Shown here in pieces: positions 35,083 through 46,698 of a stretch of 64,000 nucleotides of DNA. The DNA lies in contig OZ244836.1 in assembly GCA_965220645.1 (NCBI GenBank), forward strand, positions 1,295,521 through 1,359,520, given 5' to 3'. The notes beneath the pieces are model-generated. The model saw only the letters and a list, made by a program, of their open reading frames with translations. It did not search any database and was not told the origin of the DNA. This DNA comes from Candidatus Aldehydirespirator sp. (GTDB lineage: Bacteria; Actinomycetota; Acidimicrobiia; Acidimicrobiales; Aldehydirespiratoraceae). The position numbers were made by a program, and so were the translations under genes. The number at the start of each line of letters is the position of its first letter. The stretch's first letter is position 1.

Positions 35083-36960
35083 TTGGTGGACGGTGAGCCG
35101 CGTAGTGTCGGCGCCGTGACCCGGGACGAAGGGCCTCTCGTCACCTCCGACGACTGGATGGCTCTGGTCGCGCGGACGCTGGGAGGCCGCGACCTCGCCG
35201 AACTGGTGAGCGCCACCCGCGACGGCATCGAGATGCGGCCTCTGTACACCGAAGGCCCGCACCGTCCGGCGGCGCTGGCAGCAGCGGACCCGCGGCGGTT
35301 GGAGGCGGGCTGGGACGTCCGCCAGCACCACCGGACGGCCGCGGTGACCGCCGACGCCATCGACGGGCTCCGGGTCGAGATAGAACAGGACTTGGCGGGC
35401 GGGGTCACCTCATTGGAGCTCGAAGTCCCCGCGAGCGTCGACGCCGACGGACTCGACGCACTGCTCGATGGCGTTGACCCCACAGCGACGCCCTTGTCTC
35501 TCGCGCCCCACGCGGAGCTGGGTGTGGCCGAGGCCCTCATCGCGCTGACGGTCCGCCGCGGTGCGGGCCTAGCGCCCGGCAGCTCGCTCGGTGTCGATCC
35601 GCTGGGGGAGTGGGCCAGATCGGGTCGCATCGTCGAATGTGGGGCCGCCGCGGAGCGGTGGGTCTCGGCGGTCAGATCGGAGGTCGGGGGCACCACCCAG
35701 TCCGGTTCCGGGATCACGGCCTTCATGGTGGACGCGACCCGGTACGCAGACGCCGGCGCGACCGAGGCGCAGACCCTGGGCTGGGCGACGGCTACGGGGG
35801 TCGCCTACCTGCGTGCGCTGGTCGGGGCGGGCATGCCGGTGGACGCGGCAGCCGGATTGATCGGGTTCCGCCTGGCGGCCACCGCCGACCAGTTCATGAC
35901 CATCGCCGCCCTGCGAGCGGCCCGGGTGATGTGGGCGCGGGTAGTGATAGCCAGCGGCGGACCCCACGAAGCCGCTCGCCAGTACCAGCACGCAGTCACG
36001 GCGACCCACATGTACAGCCGGCGCGATCCGTGGGTCAACCTGCTGCGCGGTGCCTCCGCGGCGCTGGCCGCCGGTGTGGGCGGTGCCGACGCGGTGACCG
36101 TGCTGCCCTTCGACCACGCCTCCGGCGCTGTCGACGCGGACGGAGCCCTGGGCCGCCGGTTGGCTCGCAACACCCAACTGCTGCTGTTGGAGGAGTCGTG
36201 TCTGGCGCGGGCCGCCGACCCGGCGGGCGGGTCGTTCTACGTGGAGTCACTCACCGAACAGCTGGCGTCGGCGGGCTGGCGGGTGTTTCAGGACGTTGAG
36301 GCATCCGGCGGGATGGAGGCCGTCATCGGCGACGGCGTTCTGGCCGTCGCGATGGCGGAGAGCTGGCGGTCCCGCCTGGAAGCGCTGAGGACCCGGAGCG
36401 AACGTGTGACCGGCGTGAGCGAGTTCCCCCTGCTCGACGACGTGGCCCCGGCAGCCCTCTCAGACTCGGAGGCCCCGGACGCCGCCGGCCTTCCGGTCAG
36501 GCGCTTGGCCGAGCCCTTCGAGAGCCTGCGCGACGCCGCCGACCGCCATGGGATGGCCACCGGTGATCGGCCGGCAGTCTGGGTGGCCGCGCTGGGGTCG
36601 GCCTCGGCCCACTCGGCCCGAACGGCATGGACGCAGAACCTGCTGGCCGCGGGCGGGATCGAGTCGCGAGGCGCCGCCGGGGTGGACTCGCCCATCGCAG
36701 CTGCGGCCGACTTCGCGGCGTCGGGCCGGACGGTGGCCGTGATAGCCGGCACCGACGACATGTACAGCTTGCGGGCCGCGGCTACCGCGGCCGCGCTCGC
36801 AGACGCGGGAGCAGCCTTCGTAGCGCTGGTCTGTGATCCCGACACCCCCGTCGAACTCCTCGCCGAGTTGCGGTCCGCCGGCGTCAACGAGATCTGGCAC
36901 GACGGCATCGACGTGGTAGCGGCGCTTGAGCGCCTCCACACCATTCTCGGCATCAACTGA
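35083..36960 (+). CDS. mutA: Methylmalonyl-CoA mutase small (beta) subunit-like protein
   Basis: 625 aa. MutA-like segments GIEMRPLYTEGP, FMVDATRYADAGATEAQ and ARNTQLLLLEES. The start is uncertain. Confidence 0.75.
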   Translation: MVDGEPRSVGAVTRDEGPLVTSDDWMALVARTLGGRDLAELVSATRDGIEMRPLYTEGPHRPAALAAADPRRLEAGWDVRQHHRTAAVTADAIDGLRVEIEQDLAGGVTSLELEVPASVDADGLDALLDGVDPTATPLSLAPHAELGVAEALIALTVRRGAGLAPGSSLGVDPLGEWARSGRIVECGAAAERWVSAVRSEVGGTTQSGSGITAFMVDATRYADAGATEAQTLGWATATGVAYLRALVGAGMPVDAAAGLIGFRLAATADQFMTIAALRAARVMWARVVIASGGPHEAARQYQHAVTATHMYSRRDPWVNLLRGASAALAAGVGGADAVTVLPFDHASGAVDADGALGRRLARNTQLLLLEESCLARAADPAGGSFYVESLTEQLASAGWRVFQDVEASGGMEAVIGDGVLAVAMAESWRSRLEALRTRSERVTGVSEFPLLDDVAPAALSDSEAPDAAGLPVRRLAEPFESLRDAADRHGMATGDRPAVWVAALGSASAHSARTAWTQNLLAAGGIESRGAAGVDSPIAAAADFAASGRTVAVIAGTDDMYSLRAAATAAALADAGAAFVALVCDPDTPVELLAELRSAGVNEIWHDGIDVVAALERLHTILGIN

Positions 36961-36980
36961 GCGCGCCGCCGAGGGTTCGA

Positions 36981-37820
36981 TCAGTCTTCGAAGACCGGGG
37001 GGCGCTTCTCGGAGCGGGCTAGGACGGCCTCTTCGAAATTGCGGGTGGTCATGCGCACCAGCAGTTGGGCGTTCATCTCCGAGCGCATGTGGGCCGCGTA
37101 GCTCGAGGCTTCGAGCCCGGCCCAGAGCATCCGCTTGGTGAGTTCGATTCCGGGTCGGCTGAGGGCAGCGATGCGGGTGCCGATCTCGTAGCAGCGCTCC
37201 AGCAGGTCGTCCGGCTCCATCGTCTCGCTGACAAGGCCTATGCGGGCCGCCTCATCGGCGCCAACGTCGCGGCCGGTCAGCATGATGTCGAAGGCCCTCG
37301 ACGATCCGATCGCCCGAGGCAGCGTGAAACTGAGACCCAACTCGGCCGCAGTGAGGCCGTTGTTGATGCCCGCGGCCCGGAAGTAGGCCTCGGTGGACGC
37401 GATGCGGATGTCGCAGGCCAACGCCAGGCACAGGCCCCCGCCGATGGCCGCGCCGTTGATGGCCGCGATCACCGGCTGGTGAAGGTCGCCGACCAGCTCG
37501 ATCACCTCATGGAGCCGGTCGGCGGCCCGGTGGGCGATGGTTGCTCTGGTGAGTCCATCGATGTGGGGAGGGCTGCCCGAGCTGACCATGTCGGCCCCCG
37601 AGCAGAACCCGTGCCCGGCGCCGGTGACCACCACGGCCCTCACGTCGTTGTCGTTGTTGACATCTCGCAGGGCATCGGCCAGCGGCACCATCACGTCGAA
37701 GGCCATGGCGTTCATCCGCTCCGGCCGGTTGAGGGTCACCAGTGCGATGTTCTGCCGGGGGTGGTCGACCTGCACGAAGTCATCGGTTGAGGGCATGGGG
37801 GCGACGGTATCAGCCGGCAC
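36981..37820 (-). CDS. Enoyl-CoA hydratase/isomerase (crotonase) family
   Basis: 279 aa. Motifs VVVTGAGHGFCSGAD and AAINGAAIGGGLCLALACD. Confidence 0.9.
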   Translation of the reverse strand: MPADTVAPMPSTDDFVQVDHPRQNIALVTLNRPERMNAMAFDVMVPLADALRDVNNDNDVRAVVVTGAGHGFCSGADMVSSGSPPHIDGLTRATIAHRAADRLHEVIELVGDLHQPVIAAINGAAIGGGLCLALACDIRIASTEAYFRAAGINNGLTAAELGLSFTLPRAIGSSRAFDIMLTGRDVGADEAARIGLVSETMEPDDLLERCYEIGTRIAALSRPGIELTKRMLWAGLEASSYAAHMRSEMNAQLLVRMTTRNFEEAVLARSEKRPPVFED

Positions 37821-37858
37821 CCCAGCGGCCGGTGCCGCCCCCAGCCACGGCTTCGGGC

Positions 37859-38638
37859 TCAGTCACCGAGGTCGGGTTTCCAGGCTGCTCCGTTGATGTG
37901 GCCGCCGCCGTCGACGAACAGCGTGTTGCCGGTCATGTACCGGCTGGCGTCCGAGGCCAGGAACACCACCACAGGGGCTATGTCGAGATCAGGATCGCCG
38001 ATGCGGCCCATCGGGTTGGAGGCGTCGGCCGCCGCCAGCAGCTCGGGATGCGCGCCCATCACCCGGTGGAAGCTCGCCGACTTGGCCGCCGGGCACACGA
38101 TGTTGGCCGTGATGCCCCAGCCGGCCCATTCGCGGGCCGCGGTGCGGGTGGCGGCCCGCAGCGCCTCCTTGGCCGAGTTGTACTCCACCGTGCCCATGTG
38201 GGCATTGACCCCGTTGAGCGAGCACATGTTGATCACCCGGCCCCAGCCGCTGGACTTCATGATCGGCAGCGCCGCGGCCATGGCCCAGAAGGGGCCGTAG
38301 AAGCCCACCGCCAGGGCTCGGGCCATCCCGGCCTCGGACTTGTGCTCCACCCGGCTCACCTCGCCACCGGCCCAGGCGTTGTTGACCAGGATGTCCACCG
38401 ACCCCCAGCGCTGGGCCGCGTGGGCCACCATCGCCTCGACCGCGGCTCGCTCGCCCACATCGGTGGGCAGGAACTCACAGGCGTTGCCGAACTCGGCGGC
38501 CGCGTCCTCGCCCAGATGCTCGTCTATCTCGGCCACAAGCACGCGGGCGCCCTCGGCCACGAAGGCCCGGGCCACGGCCCGCCCGATGCCCTCGCCCGCT
38601 CCGGTGACTATCGCCGTCTTGCCCTGAAGCTGTCCCAT
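37859..38638 (-). CDS. SDR-family oxidoreductase
   Basis: Start at ATG 38638 (MGQLQGKTAIVTGAGEGIG). Catalytic region YNSAKEA. C-terminus YMTGNTLFVDGG. Confidence 0.85.
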   Translation of the reverse strand: MGQLQGKTAIVTGAGEGIGRAVARAFVAEGARVLVAEIDEHLGEDAAAEFGNACEFLPTDVGERAAVEAMVAHAAQRWGSVDILVNNAWAGGEVSRVEHKSEAGMARALAVGFYGPFWAMAAALPIMKSSGWGRVINMCSLNGVNAHMGTVEYNSAKEALRAATRTAAREWAGWGITANIVCPAAKSASFHRVMGAHPELLAAADASNPMGRIGDPDLDIAPVVVFLASDASRYMTGNTLFVDGGGHINGAAWKPDLGD

Positions 38639-38837
38639 TTGTTGCCCTCCTGTCGCGCGCCACCGATCCATTCTCTCTTACAGCGTCACAGCTGGGTGTG
38701 TTGCGGCGGCACAAAGCCGCGGTCCTGCCGAGGGTCGCGTCACCGGCCGAAGATGCGGACCAATCTCCATTGCGGGGGCTTGCCGTGGGAGTGGTAGACA
38801 ACCGCCGGCACAACACATTCGAGCCGAAGGGAGTCCG

Positions 38838-39509
38838 GTGGCGGACCTGCAAGAGAGGGCCCAGCGCATCGCGGCCAAGCGCAGCTCCATGTGGGTCTAC
38901 CGTTTCGTGAGGCGCACCATCATGGTGGTGCTGTACCCGTATTTCCGGGTGCGCCGCCGCGGCGGGGAACACCTCGACATCGAGGGGCCGGTGATCTTGG
39001 CCCCAGTGCATCGCTCCAATCTCGACGCCCTGCTGCTGGCTGGGCTGGGTCATCGGCGCCTGCGGCCCCTGTCCAAGGAGTCGCTGTTCCACAACCGGCT
39101 CTTCGGGGACTTCCTGTCGGCGCTGGGCGCGTTCCCCGTGCGACGGGGCGTGGCCGACCGGGAGGCCATCCGGGAGGCGATCAAGATGCTTGAGGCGGGT
39201 GAGGAGATACTGGTGTTCCCCGAGGGCACCCGCCAGACCGGGCCGACAGTGGTAAGCGTGTTCGACGGCATGAGCTACCTGGCGTCGCGCACCGGCGCGG
39301 CCATCGTCCCCGTCGGGATCGCGGGCACCGAGGAGGCCATGGGCGCAGGGACGCGTCTGCCCCGCCGCACCAGGGTGGCCATGGTGGCCGGTCCGCCCAT
39401 CCGCCCGCCCGAGGGCCGCATGACCCGCCCGCAGATGACCCGCTTCTCCGAGATGGTGCGCGAGCGCCTCCAGGATGTCTTCGACGAGGCCCAGGAGCTG
39501 GCGGGCTGA
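38838..39509 (+). CDS. plsC: 1-acyl-sn-glycerol-3-phosphate (lysophospholipid) acyltransferase
   Basis: Acyltransferase motifs HRSNLD and FPEGTR. Confidence 0.8.
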   Translation: MADLQERAQRIAAKRSSMWVYRFVRRTIMVVLYPYFRVRRRGGEHLDIEGPVILAPVHRSNLDALLLAGLGHRRLRPLSKESLFHNRLFGDFLSALGAFPVRRGVADREAIREAIKMLEAGEEILVFPEGTRQTGPTVVSVFDGMSYLASRTGAAIVPVGIAGTEEAMGAGTRLPRRTRVAMVAGPPIRPPEGRMTRPQMTRFSEMVRERLQDVFDEAQELAG

Positions 39510-39557
39510 ACTAACGGCTGAACGGGCCAAGACGGGGCGCCGGTAGCCTCGGTATAC

Positions 39558-40754
<1,197 letters not shown>

Positions 40755-40770
40755 CGGTCGACGCTCCACC

Positions 40771-42525
40771 GTGAGGACTCGCCGCGACAGTGTCGCCCGG
40801 CGCGGGTTCCGGCTGATAATGCGGTCGGTGCGGGCCCATCCCGGCCCGCACGCGCTGGCCATGGTGGGCGCGCTCGGCTTCGTCGCCGCCACCGTGGGCA
40901 GCGCCTGGCTGCTGGGCTGGATCACCGACAACGTGATCATCGCCGACGCCGCCGACCGGACGGGGCCGGCCGTGGCGGCCGCCGCGGTGATCGCAGTGGC
41001 GGTCGCCAGCGGGGTGTCGGTTCTGCTGCGCCGCTGGTACCTGGCCATGGCCGAGCTGCGAACGCAGCGGGACTGGCGCCGGACCCTGCTGCACCGCTAC
41101 CTCGACGTGCCCATGGACTTCCACCGCGAGCGGGCTCCCGGCGAGCTGCTGGCCCACGCCGACTCCGACGTCAACACGGCCACGATGGTGCTCAAACCGC
41201 TGGCCTTCGCGGTCAGCGTCCTAGTGCTGGTGGTGGTGACGATGGTGGTGCTGTTCCTCGCCCACCCGCTGCTGGCACTCATCGCGGCCGTGGTCTTCCC
41301 GGCCCTCGCGGCGATCAGCCGCATCTACACCCGAAGGGTCGAGGCGCCCTCGGCCGAGGTGCAGCGGCGCGTCGGCGAGGTGTCCACGGTGGCCCACGAG
41401 AGCTTCGACGGTGCCGTGGTGGTGAAGACCCTGGGCCGCGAGCAGATGGAGGTGGAGCGGATGCGCGCCGCCTCCGAGCGGCTGCGCGACGAGCGCATCC
41501 GGGTGGGCCGCATGCGGGGCACCTTCGAGCCCGCCCTCGACGCCCTGCCCACAGTGGGCGCGATCACCCTTCTGCTGGTGGGGGCCTGGCTGGTGGACCG
41601 GGGCGCGGCCACCCCCGGGGACCTGGTGCTGGCCACCACCCTCTTCTCACTGCTGGCTCTGCCTCTGCTGATCGTGGGTTTCTTCCTGGAGGAGATGCCC
41701 CGCTCGGTCGTGTCACTGGACCGGGTGGACCTAGTGCTCGACCAGCCTGTCCCGGAAGCAGCTGCGCCGGCCGGCGACGGCCCGATCCTGCCCTCCGGGC
41801 CGCTCGGCTTGGAGATCGATGACCTTGCCGTGGGCTACGGCGCCAAGCTCGTGCTCGACGGAGTGACACTGGCGGTGCGGCCCGGCGAGACGGTGGCGCT
41901 CGTCGGCGCCACCGGCTCGGGGAAGTCCACCCTGCTGGAGACCGTCGCCGGACTGAACGCCCCGGCGCGGGGTTCGATCCGGTTGTCGGGCGCGGATCTG
42001 CACCGAGTCCCCGCCGACGAACTGCACGAGGCGGTGGCGCTGGTGTTCCAGGAGGCCTTCCTGTTCGCCGACTCGGTGACCGAGAATGTGGACCTGCGCT
42101 GGGGAGGCACTCGGGCCGACGTGGGCGCCGCGCTGGGCGTGGCGGCTGCGCGTGAGTTCGTGGAAGCTCTCCCCCAGGGTGCAGGAACGGTCGTGGGCGA
42201 GCGGGGTGTGACCCTCTCGGGCGGGCAGCGCCAGCGGGTGGCTCTGGCCCGGGCCCTGGTGCGCTCGCCCCGGCTGCTCATGCTCGACGACGCCACCAGC
42301 GCAGTCGATCCCGTCGTGGAGGGCGAGATTCTGGCCAACATGCGCAGGCGGCTCGACACGACCCTGCTCGTTGTCGCCCACCGGCTCTCGACCATCGAGT
42401 TGGCCGACCGGGTGGCCTTTCTCGCCGGCGGCCGCATCGCCGCCGTCGGCACCCACAACGAGCTGCTGGCCCTCGACGACTACCGGTCGCTGGTGTCGGC
42501 CTACGAGCAGGCCGCGGCGTCGTGA
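40771..42525 (+). CDS. ABC exporter, fused permease/ATPase (half-transporter 1)
   Basis: N-terminal 6-TM domain. Walker A GATGSGKST, signature LSGGQRQRVALAR, Walker B LLMLDDATSAVD. Confidence 0.9.
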   Translation: MRTRRDSVARRGFRLIMRSVRAHPGPHALAMVGALGFVAATVGSAWLLGWITDNVIIADAADRTGPAVAAAAVIAVAVASGVSVLLRRWYLAMAELRTQRDWRRTLLHRYLDVPMDFHRERAPGELLAHADSDVNTATMVLKPLAFAVSVLVLVVVTMVVLFLAHPLLALIAAVVFPALAAISRIYTRRVEAPSAEVQRRVGEVSTVAHESFDGAVVVKTLGREQMEVERMRAASERLRDERIRVGRMRGTFEPALDALPTVGAITLLLVGAWLVDRGAATPGDLVLATTLFSLLALPLLIVGFFLEEMPRSVVSLDRVDLVLDQPVPEAAAPAGDGPILPSGPLGLEIDDLAVGYGAKLVLDGVTLAVRPGETVALVGATGSGKSTLLETVAGLNAPARGSIRLSGADLHRVPADELHEAVALVFQEAFLFADSVTENVDLRWGGTRADVGAALGVAAAREFVEALPQGAGTVVGERGVTLSGGQRQRVALARALVRSPRLLMLDDATSAVDPVVEGEILANMRRRLDTTLLVVAHRLSTIELADRVAFLAGGRIAAVGTHNELLALDDYRSLVSAYEQAAAS

Positions 42526-44351
42526 CCACCTCGGACACGCCCGAGAGTGCACGCCTCGGCGGCGACGTGGACGAGGTGAGGGCGCTGGACGTGCTGCGTC
42601 GCGGCCTTGCCGAGAGCGACGAGCTGCGCCGTGGCCTCGGGGTCACCGCCGCGGTGGCCGTGTTTGCCGCCGTGGGCCGCCTGATCGTGCCGATCCTGGT
42701 GCAGCTAGTGCTTGACCACGGCGTGCTCGGCGCCGACGGATACCGGCCCGGCGTGGTGTGGGTGTTGTCGCTGAGCGCCGTCGCAGCGGTGCTGGTTGTG
42801 GCGGTTGCGAGCCGCGCGGCCTACATCCGGCTGGTGCGCATGGCCGAGTCGGTGCTGCTCGGGCTGAGGGTCCGGGCCTTCGAGCACATCCATCGGCTGA
42901 GCTTGTCCTCCCACACGCAGTCGCGCCGCGGGGTCCTCGTGGCCCGGGTCACGAGCGACATCGAGGCGATGGCCATGTTCATGCAGTGGGGCGCCATGTC
43001 GTGGATCGTCAACCCGGTGCTGATGGTGGCGACGCTGGGCGTCATGGTGTCCTACAGCTGGCAGCTCACCCTGCTCGTGCTGGCCCTGCAGGTGCCGCTG
43101 CTGCCGTTCCTGCGCTGGATACAGCGCCGCCAGATCGCGGCCTACTCCCGGGTGCGCGACCGGGTGGCCGACACCATGGGCCACGCCAGCGAGGCAGTGT
43201 CGGCGGCGGAGGTGATCCGGGCCTACGGGTACCGGGGCGCGGTGCGGAGCCGGCTCGACCGGGCCGTCGACCAGCAGTACGAGTGCGAGATGTCAGCCTT
43301 CAAGTGGTGGGCGGTGATGATGCCCGTCGTCGAGCTCGTGTCGTCGATCGCGCTGGCCGCAGTCATCGTCACCGGGGTGGTGTGGGACGACGAACTGGGA
43401 ATCGGCGCAGGCGGGCTGGTTGCCTTCGTGTTCCTGGTGCGCCTGCTCGCAAGGCCGATCTCAGAGATCGGCGAGGTCTTTGACCGCACGCAGACGGCGC
43501 TGGCCGCCTGGTCAAAGATCCTGGGCGTGCTCGACATGAGTGTAGACGTGGTCGAGCCTGCGCCTGGTCGGGGAGAGGCGCTGCCGCAGGGCCCGCTGCC
43601 GGTGCAGGTGCGGGGCGTCGATTTCGCCTACTCCACCGGAGGCTTGGTTCTGCGCGGGATCGACGCCTCGATCCCGGCCGATGCCAACGTGGCCGTGGTG
43701 GGGGAGACCGGCTCGGGCAAGACGACCTTCGCCCGCCTGCTGGCCCGCCTCGCTGACCCTGCAGCCGGCGAGGTCCTGGTCGGCGGGGTGGACCTGCGGC
43801 GGGTGGAGCCCGATGCCCGCCGGCGTGGCATCCGAATGGTTCCCCAGGACGGCTTCCTGTTCGCGGCCACGATCGAGGACAACATCCGCTACGGGAGGCC
43901 CGGCGCGACGGCTTCCGACGCGGCCGCGGCCATCGACGAGCTGGGGCTGCGGGGCTGGGTGGACGGTCTGCCCGCGGGTATGCAGACCGCGGTGGGCCAG
44001 CGGGGCGGCCGCCTGTCGGTCGGCGAGCGCCAGCTGGTGGCGCTGGCTCGGGCCCAGGTCGCCGATCCCGGCTTGCTGATCTTGGACGAGGCGACCTCGG
44101 CGGTGGATCCCGAGACCGAGGAGGCGCTGGCCGCGGCCATGGCCCATCTCGCCGTGGGCCGCACCACGGTGTCGGTGGCCCACCGCCTGAGCACCGCCGA
44201 GCGTGCCGGTCTGGTCCTGGTGTTCGACGCGGGACGGGTGGTGGAACAGGGCACCCATTCCGAGTTGCTAGCCGCGGGCGGCGTGTACGCCCGGCTGCAC
44301 CGGTCCTGGGTAGGCAACACGCGCCATACCGCGCTCAGCACCGGCGGCTAG
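42522..44351 (+). CDS. ABC exporter, fused permease/ATPase (half-transporter 2)
   Basis: Overlaps the upstream gene by 4 nt. Walker A GETGSGKTT, signature LSVGERQLVALAR, Walker B LLILDEATSAVD. Confidence 0.9.
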   Translation: MTTSDTPESARLGGDVDEVRALDVLRRGLAESDELRRGLGVTAAVAVFAAVGRLIVPILVQLVLDHGVLGADGYRPGVVWVLSLSAVAAVLVVAVASRAAYIRLVRMAESVLLGLRVRAFEHIHRLSLSSHTQSRRGVLVARVTSDIEAMAMFMQWGAMSWIVNPVLMVATLGVMVSYSWQLTLLVLALQVPLLPFLRWIQRRQIAAYSRVRDRVADTMGHASEAVSAAEVIRAYGYRGAVRSRLDRAVDQQYECEMSAFKWWAVMMPVVELVSSIALAAVIVTGVVWDDELGIGAGGLVAFVFLVRLLARPISEIGEVFDRTQTALAAWSKILGVLDMSVDVVEPAPGRGEALPQGPLPVQVRGVDFAYSTGGLVLRGIDASIPADANVAVVGETGSGKTTFARLLARLADPAAGEVLVGGVDLRRVEPDARRRGIRMVPQDGFLFAATIEDNIRYGRPGATASDAAAAIDELGLRGWVDGLPAGMQTAVGQRGGRLSVGERQLVALARAQVADPGLLILDEATSAVDPETEEALAAAMAHLAVGRTTVSVAHRLSTAERAGLVLVFDAGRVVEQGTHSELLAAGGVYARLHRSWVGNTRHTALSTGG

Positions 44352-44381
44352 AGGCCGCTAGCAATACACGCACCGGCTACC

Positions 44382-45377
44382 GTGCCTGCCATGCGTGATC
44401 CTGTGAGAGTGGCTGTCACCGGCGCGGCCGGGCAGATCGGCTACAGCCTGCTGTTCCGCATCGCCTCCGGATCGATGCTCGGCCCCGACCAGCCGGTGGT
44501 CCTCCAGATGCTGGAGATCCCACCAGCCATGAACGCCCTGCGGGGCGTGGCCATGGAGCTCGACGACTGCGCCTTCGGGCTGCTGGCACAAGTGGTGCTC
44601 AGCGACGATCCCGAAGAGGCTTTCGACGGCGCGCAGATCGCTTTGCTGGTGGGCTCGAGGCCCCGCACCAAGGGCATGGAGCGCAAGGACCTGCTGGAGG
44701 CCAACGGCGCCATCTTCACCGTGCAGGGCCGAGCCATCGCAGCTCGAGCCGCCGCCGACGTTCGGGTGCTGGTCGTGGGCAATCCGGCCAACACCAACTG
44801 CCTGATCGCCATGAACAACGCCACCGGCGTCTCCCGCGAGCGGTTCACGGCCATGACCCGCCTCGACCACAACCGGGCCAAGGCGCAACTCGCGGCCCGG
44901 GTGGGCGCCACCGTCGGCGACGTCCGCAGGATGACGATCTGGGGCAACCATTCCGCCACCCAGTACCCCGACCTGTTCCACTGCGAGGTGGGGGGTCGCA
45001 ACGCCGCCGCGCTCGTAGACGACCAGGATTGGCTCGAAGGCACGTTCATACCCACCGTGCAGCAGCGGGGCGCAGCCATCATCGAGGCTCGGGGCGCATC
45101 GTCGGCCGCCTCCGCGGCCAACGCCGCCGTCGACCACGTGCGCGACTGGATGCGGGGTACGCCGCCAGGCGACTGGGTGTCGATGGCGGTCCCTTCCGAC
45201 GGCAGCTACGGCGTACCCGAGGGGCTGATTTCGTCGTTCCCGGCCACATGCGCCGGCGGCGCCTACCAGATCGTCGGCGGGCTTGAGATCGACGACTTCT
45301 CGCGGGCCCGCATCGACGCCTCGGTGGCCGAGCTGGCCGCCGAGCGCGACACCGTGGCCTCGTTGGGCCTGATCTAG
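44382..45377 (+). CDS. mdh: Malate dehydrogenase
   Basis: 331 aa. Contains [21 protein letters not shown] and [12 protein letters not shown]. Confidence 0.95.
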   Translation: MPAMRDPVRVAVTGAAGQIGYSLLFRIASGSMLGPDQPVVLQMLEIPPAMNALRGVAMELDDCAFGLLAQVVLSDDPEEAFDGAQIALLVGSRPRTKGMERKDLLEANGAIFTVQGRAIAARAAADVRVLVVGNPANTNCLIAMNNATGVSRERFTAMTRLDHNRAKAQLAARVGATVGDVRRMTIWGNHSATQYPDLFHCEVGGRNAAALVDDQDWLEGTFIPTVQQRGAAIIEARGASSAASAANAAVDHVRDWMRGTPPGDWVSMAVPSDGSYGVPEGLISSFPATCAGGAYQIVGGLEIDDFSRARIDASVAELAAERDTVASLGLI

Positions 45378-45392
45378 GAGGGCGACGCCTCC

Positions 45393-46256
45393 GTGCCCGA
45401 GTTGCCGGAGGTCGCAGCCCACTGCGAGCGGCTGTCGGCCGTGTTCGCGGGGACCCCGCTGGCCCGGTTCGAGCCACTGCACCCGGCGGTGCTCAAGACC
45501 TTCGCCCCCAGGCCCGCCGCGGCAGCGAGCAAGGCGCTAACCGGGATCGGCCACCGGGGCAAGTACCTGTTGCTGCAATTCGGAGACGGCCACGGCGCGC
45601 CCGGAGACCCGGATTTCACTTTCGTGGTCCATCTCATGCAGGCAGGTCGGCTGCGTATTGACGCCAAGCAGTCCCGCAAGCCCCGCGGCGGCATGGCCCG
45701 CTGGACGTTCGTTGACGCCCCGGCGCTGCTGCTCACCGAGGCCGGCACCGAGCGCCGGGCCGGCGTGTGGCTGCTAGACGGCGACCCCGGCGCGGTGGAG
45801 CCGCTCGTGCGTCTCGGACCCGACGCTGACAGCATCTCGCGCGACGAACTCTCCCAGTGCCTGGCTGCGGCCAGCGAGCGAGTGCACGGCTTCCTGCGTG
45901 ACCAGTCTCATCTGGCTGGGATAGGTCGCCTGCTCGCCAACGAGATACTGCACTCGGCCCGGATCTCGCCATTCGCCAACACGTCGCGCCTCGACGGCGA
46001 GGCTGTGGCTCGTCTGCACGCAGCCATCACAACGTCCATCGCACGGGGTCTGGCCGCCGAGCGGGAGCTTGAGGACATGGGCCGCTCCGAGGACCGCCCC
46101 AATGACGTGCACCACCGGGTGGGCCAGCCGTGCCCGGTGTGCGGCGACACGGTGCGCTCGGTCGAGTACCGCCGCTACCGGGTGGCCTATTGCCCGAGCT
46201 GCCAGACAGGCGGCAAGGTGCTGGCCGACAACACCACAAGCCGCTTCCTCAAGTAG
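45393..46256 (+). CDS. Fpg/Nei-family DNA glycosylase / AP lyase
   Basis: N-terminal MPELPEV, and a C-terminal zinc finger CPVCG...CPSCQ. Confidence 0.85.
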   Translation: MPELPEVAAHCERLSAVFAGTPLARFEPLHPAVLKTFAPRPAAAASKALTGIGHRGKYLLLQFGDGHGAPGDPDFTFVVHLMQAGRLRIDAKQSRKPRGGMARWTFVDAPALLLTEAGTERRAGVWLLDGDPGAVEPLVRLGPDADSISRDELSQCLAAASERVHGFLRDQSHLAGIGRLLANEILHSARISPFANTSRLDGEAVARLHAAITTSIARGLAAERELEDMGRSEDRPNDVHHRVGQPCPVCGDTVRSVEYRRYRVAYCPSCQTGGKVLADNTTSRFLK

Positions 46257-46260
46257 ACGG

Positions 46261-46635
46261 TCAAGCCGGCCCGGCCAGGGCCGCTCCGACGGCCGCCAGG
46301 GCCGGGCGGGCCGCGAGCAGCAGCCGGGGATCGCCACTGAAGCGCAGCCGTCCCTCGGCGAAGGCGCGTTGGGCGGACTTGCCCTCGATGGCGATCTCCC
46401 GGGCGGTATCGCGATCCGACGCCAGCGCCACGATGGCTTCGCCGGGCGCGTCGCCCGAACGCCCTGCCGCGGCCGACACGCGACCGGAGGCGATGCGCAC
46501 ATGCCAGCAGTAGACGGAGCCGTCATCACCCGAAACCTGATACTCCAGCACTAGGTCGATGGCGTCGCCGACGCGGCATTCCGACAGAACCGAGTCGAGC
46601 CGGGCCACCCACTCGTCGGAGGGGAATTCAGGCAT
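46261..46635 (-). CDS. SCP2-like sterol/lipid-carrier domain protein
   Basis: Start at ATG 46635 (MPEFPSDEWVARL...). The C-terminal AFAEGRLRFSGDPRLLL resembles the SCP2 fold signature. Confidence 0.5.
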   Translation of the reverse strand: MPEFPSDEWVARLDSVLSECRVGDAIDLVLEYQVSGDDGSVYCWHVRIASGRVSAAAGRSGDAPGEAIVALASDRDTAREIAIEGKSAQRAFAEGRLRFSGDPRLLLAARPALAAVGAALAGPA

Positions 46636-46698
46636 GTCGCCGGGAAGCGGCTCCGCGGTCACGACAGCGCAGACTACCGCCCCCCGTAGCCTGACCTT

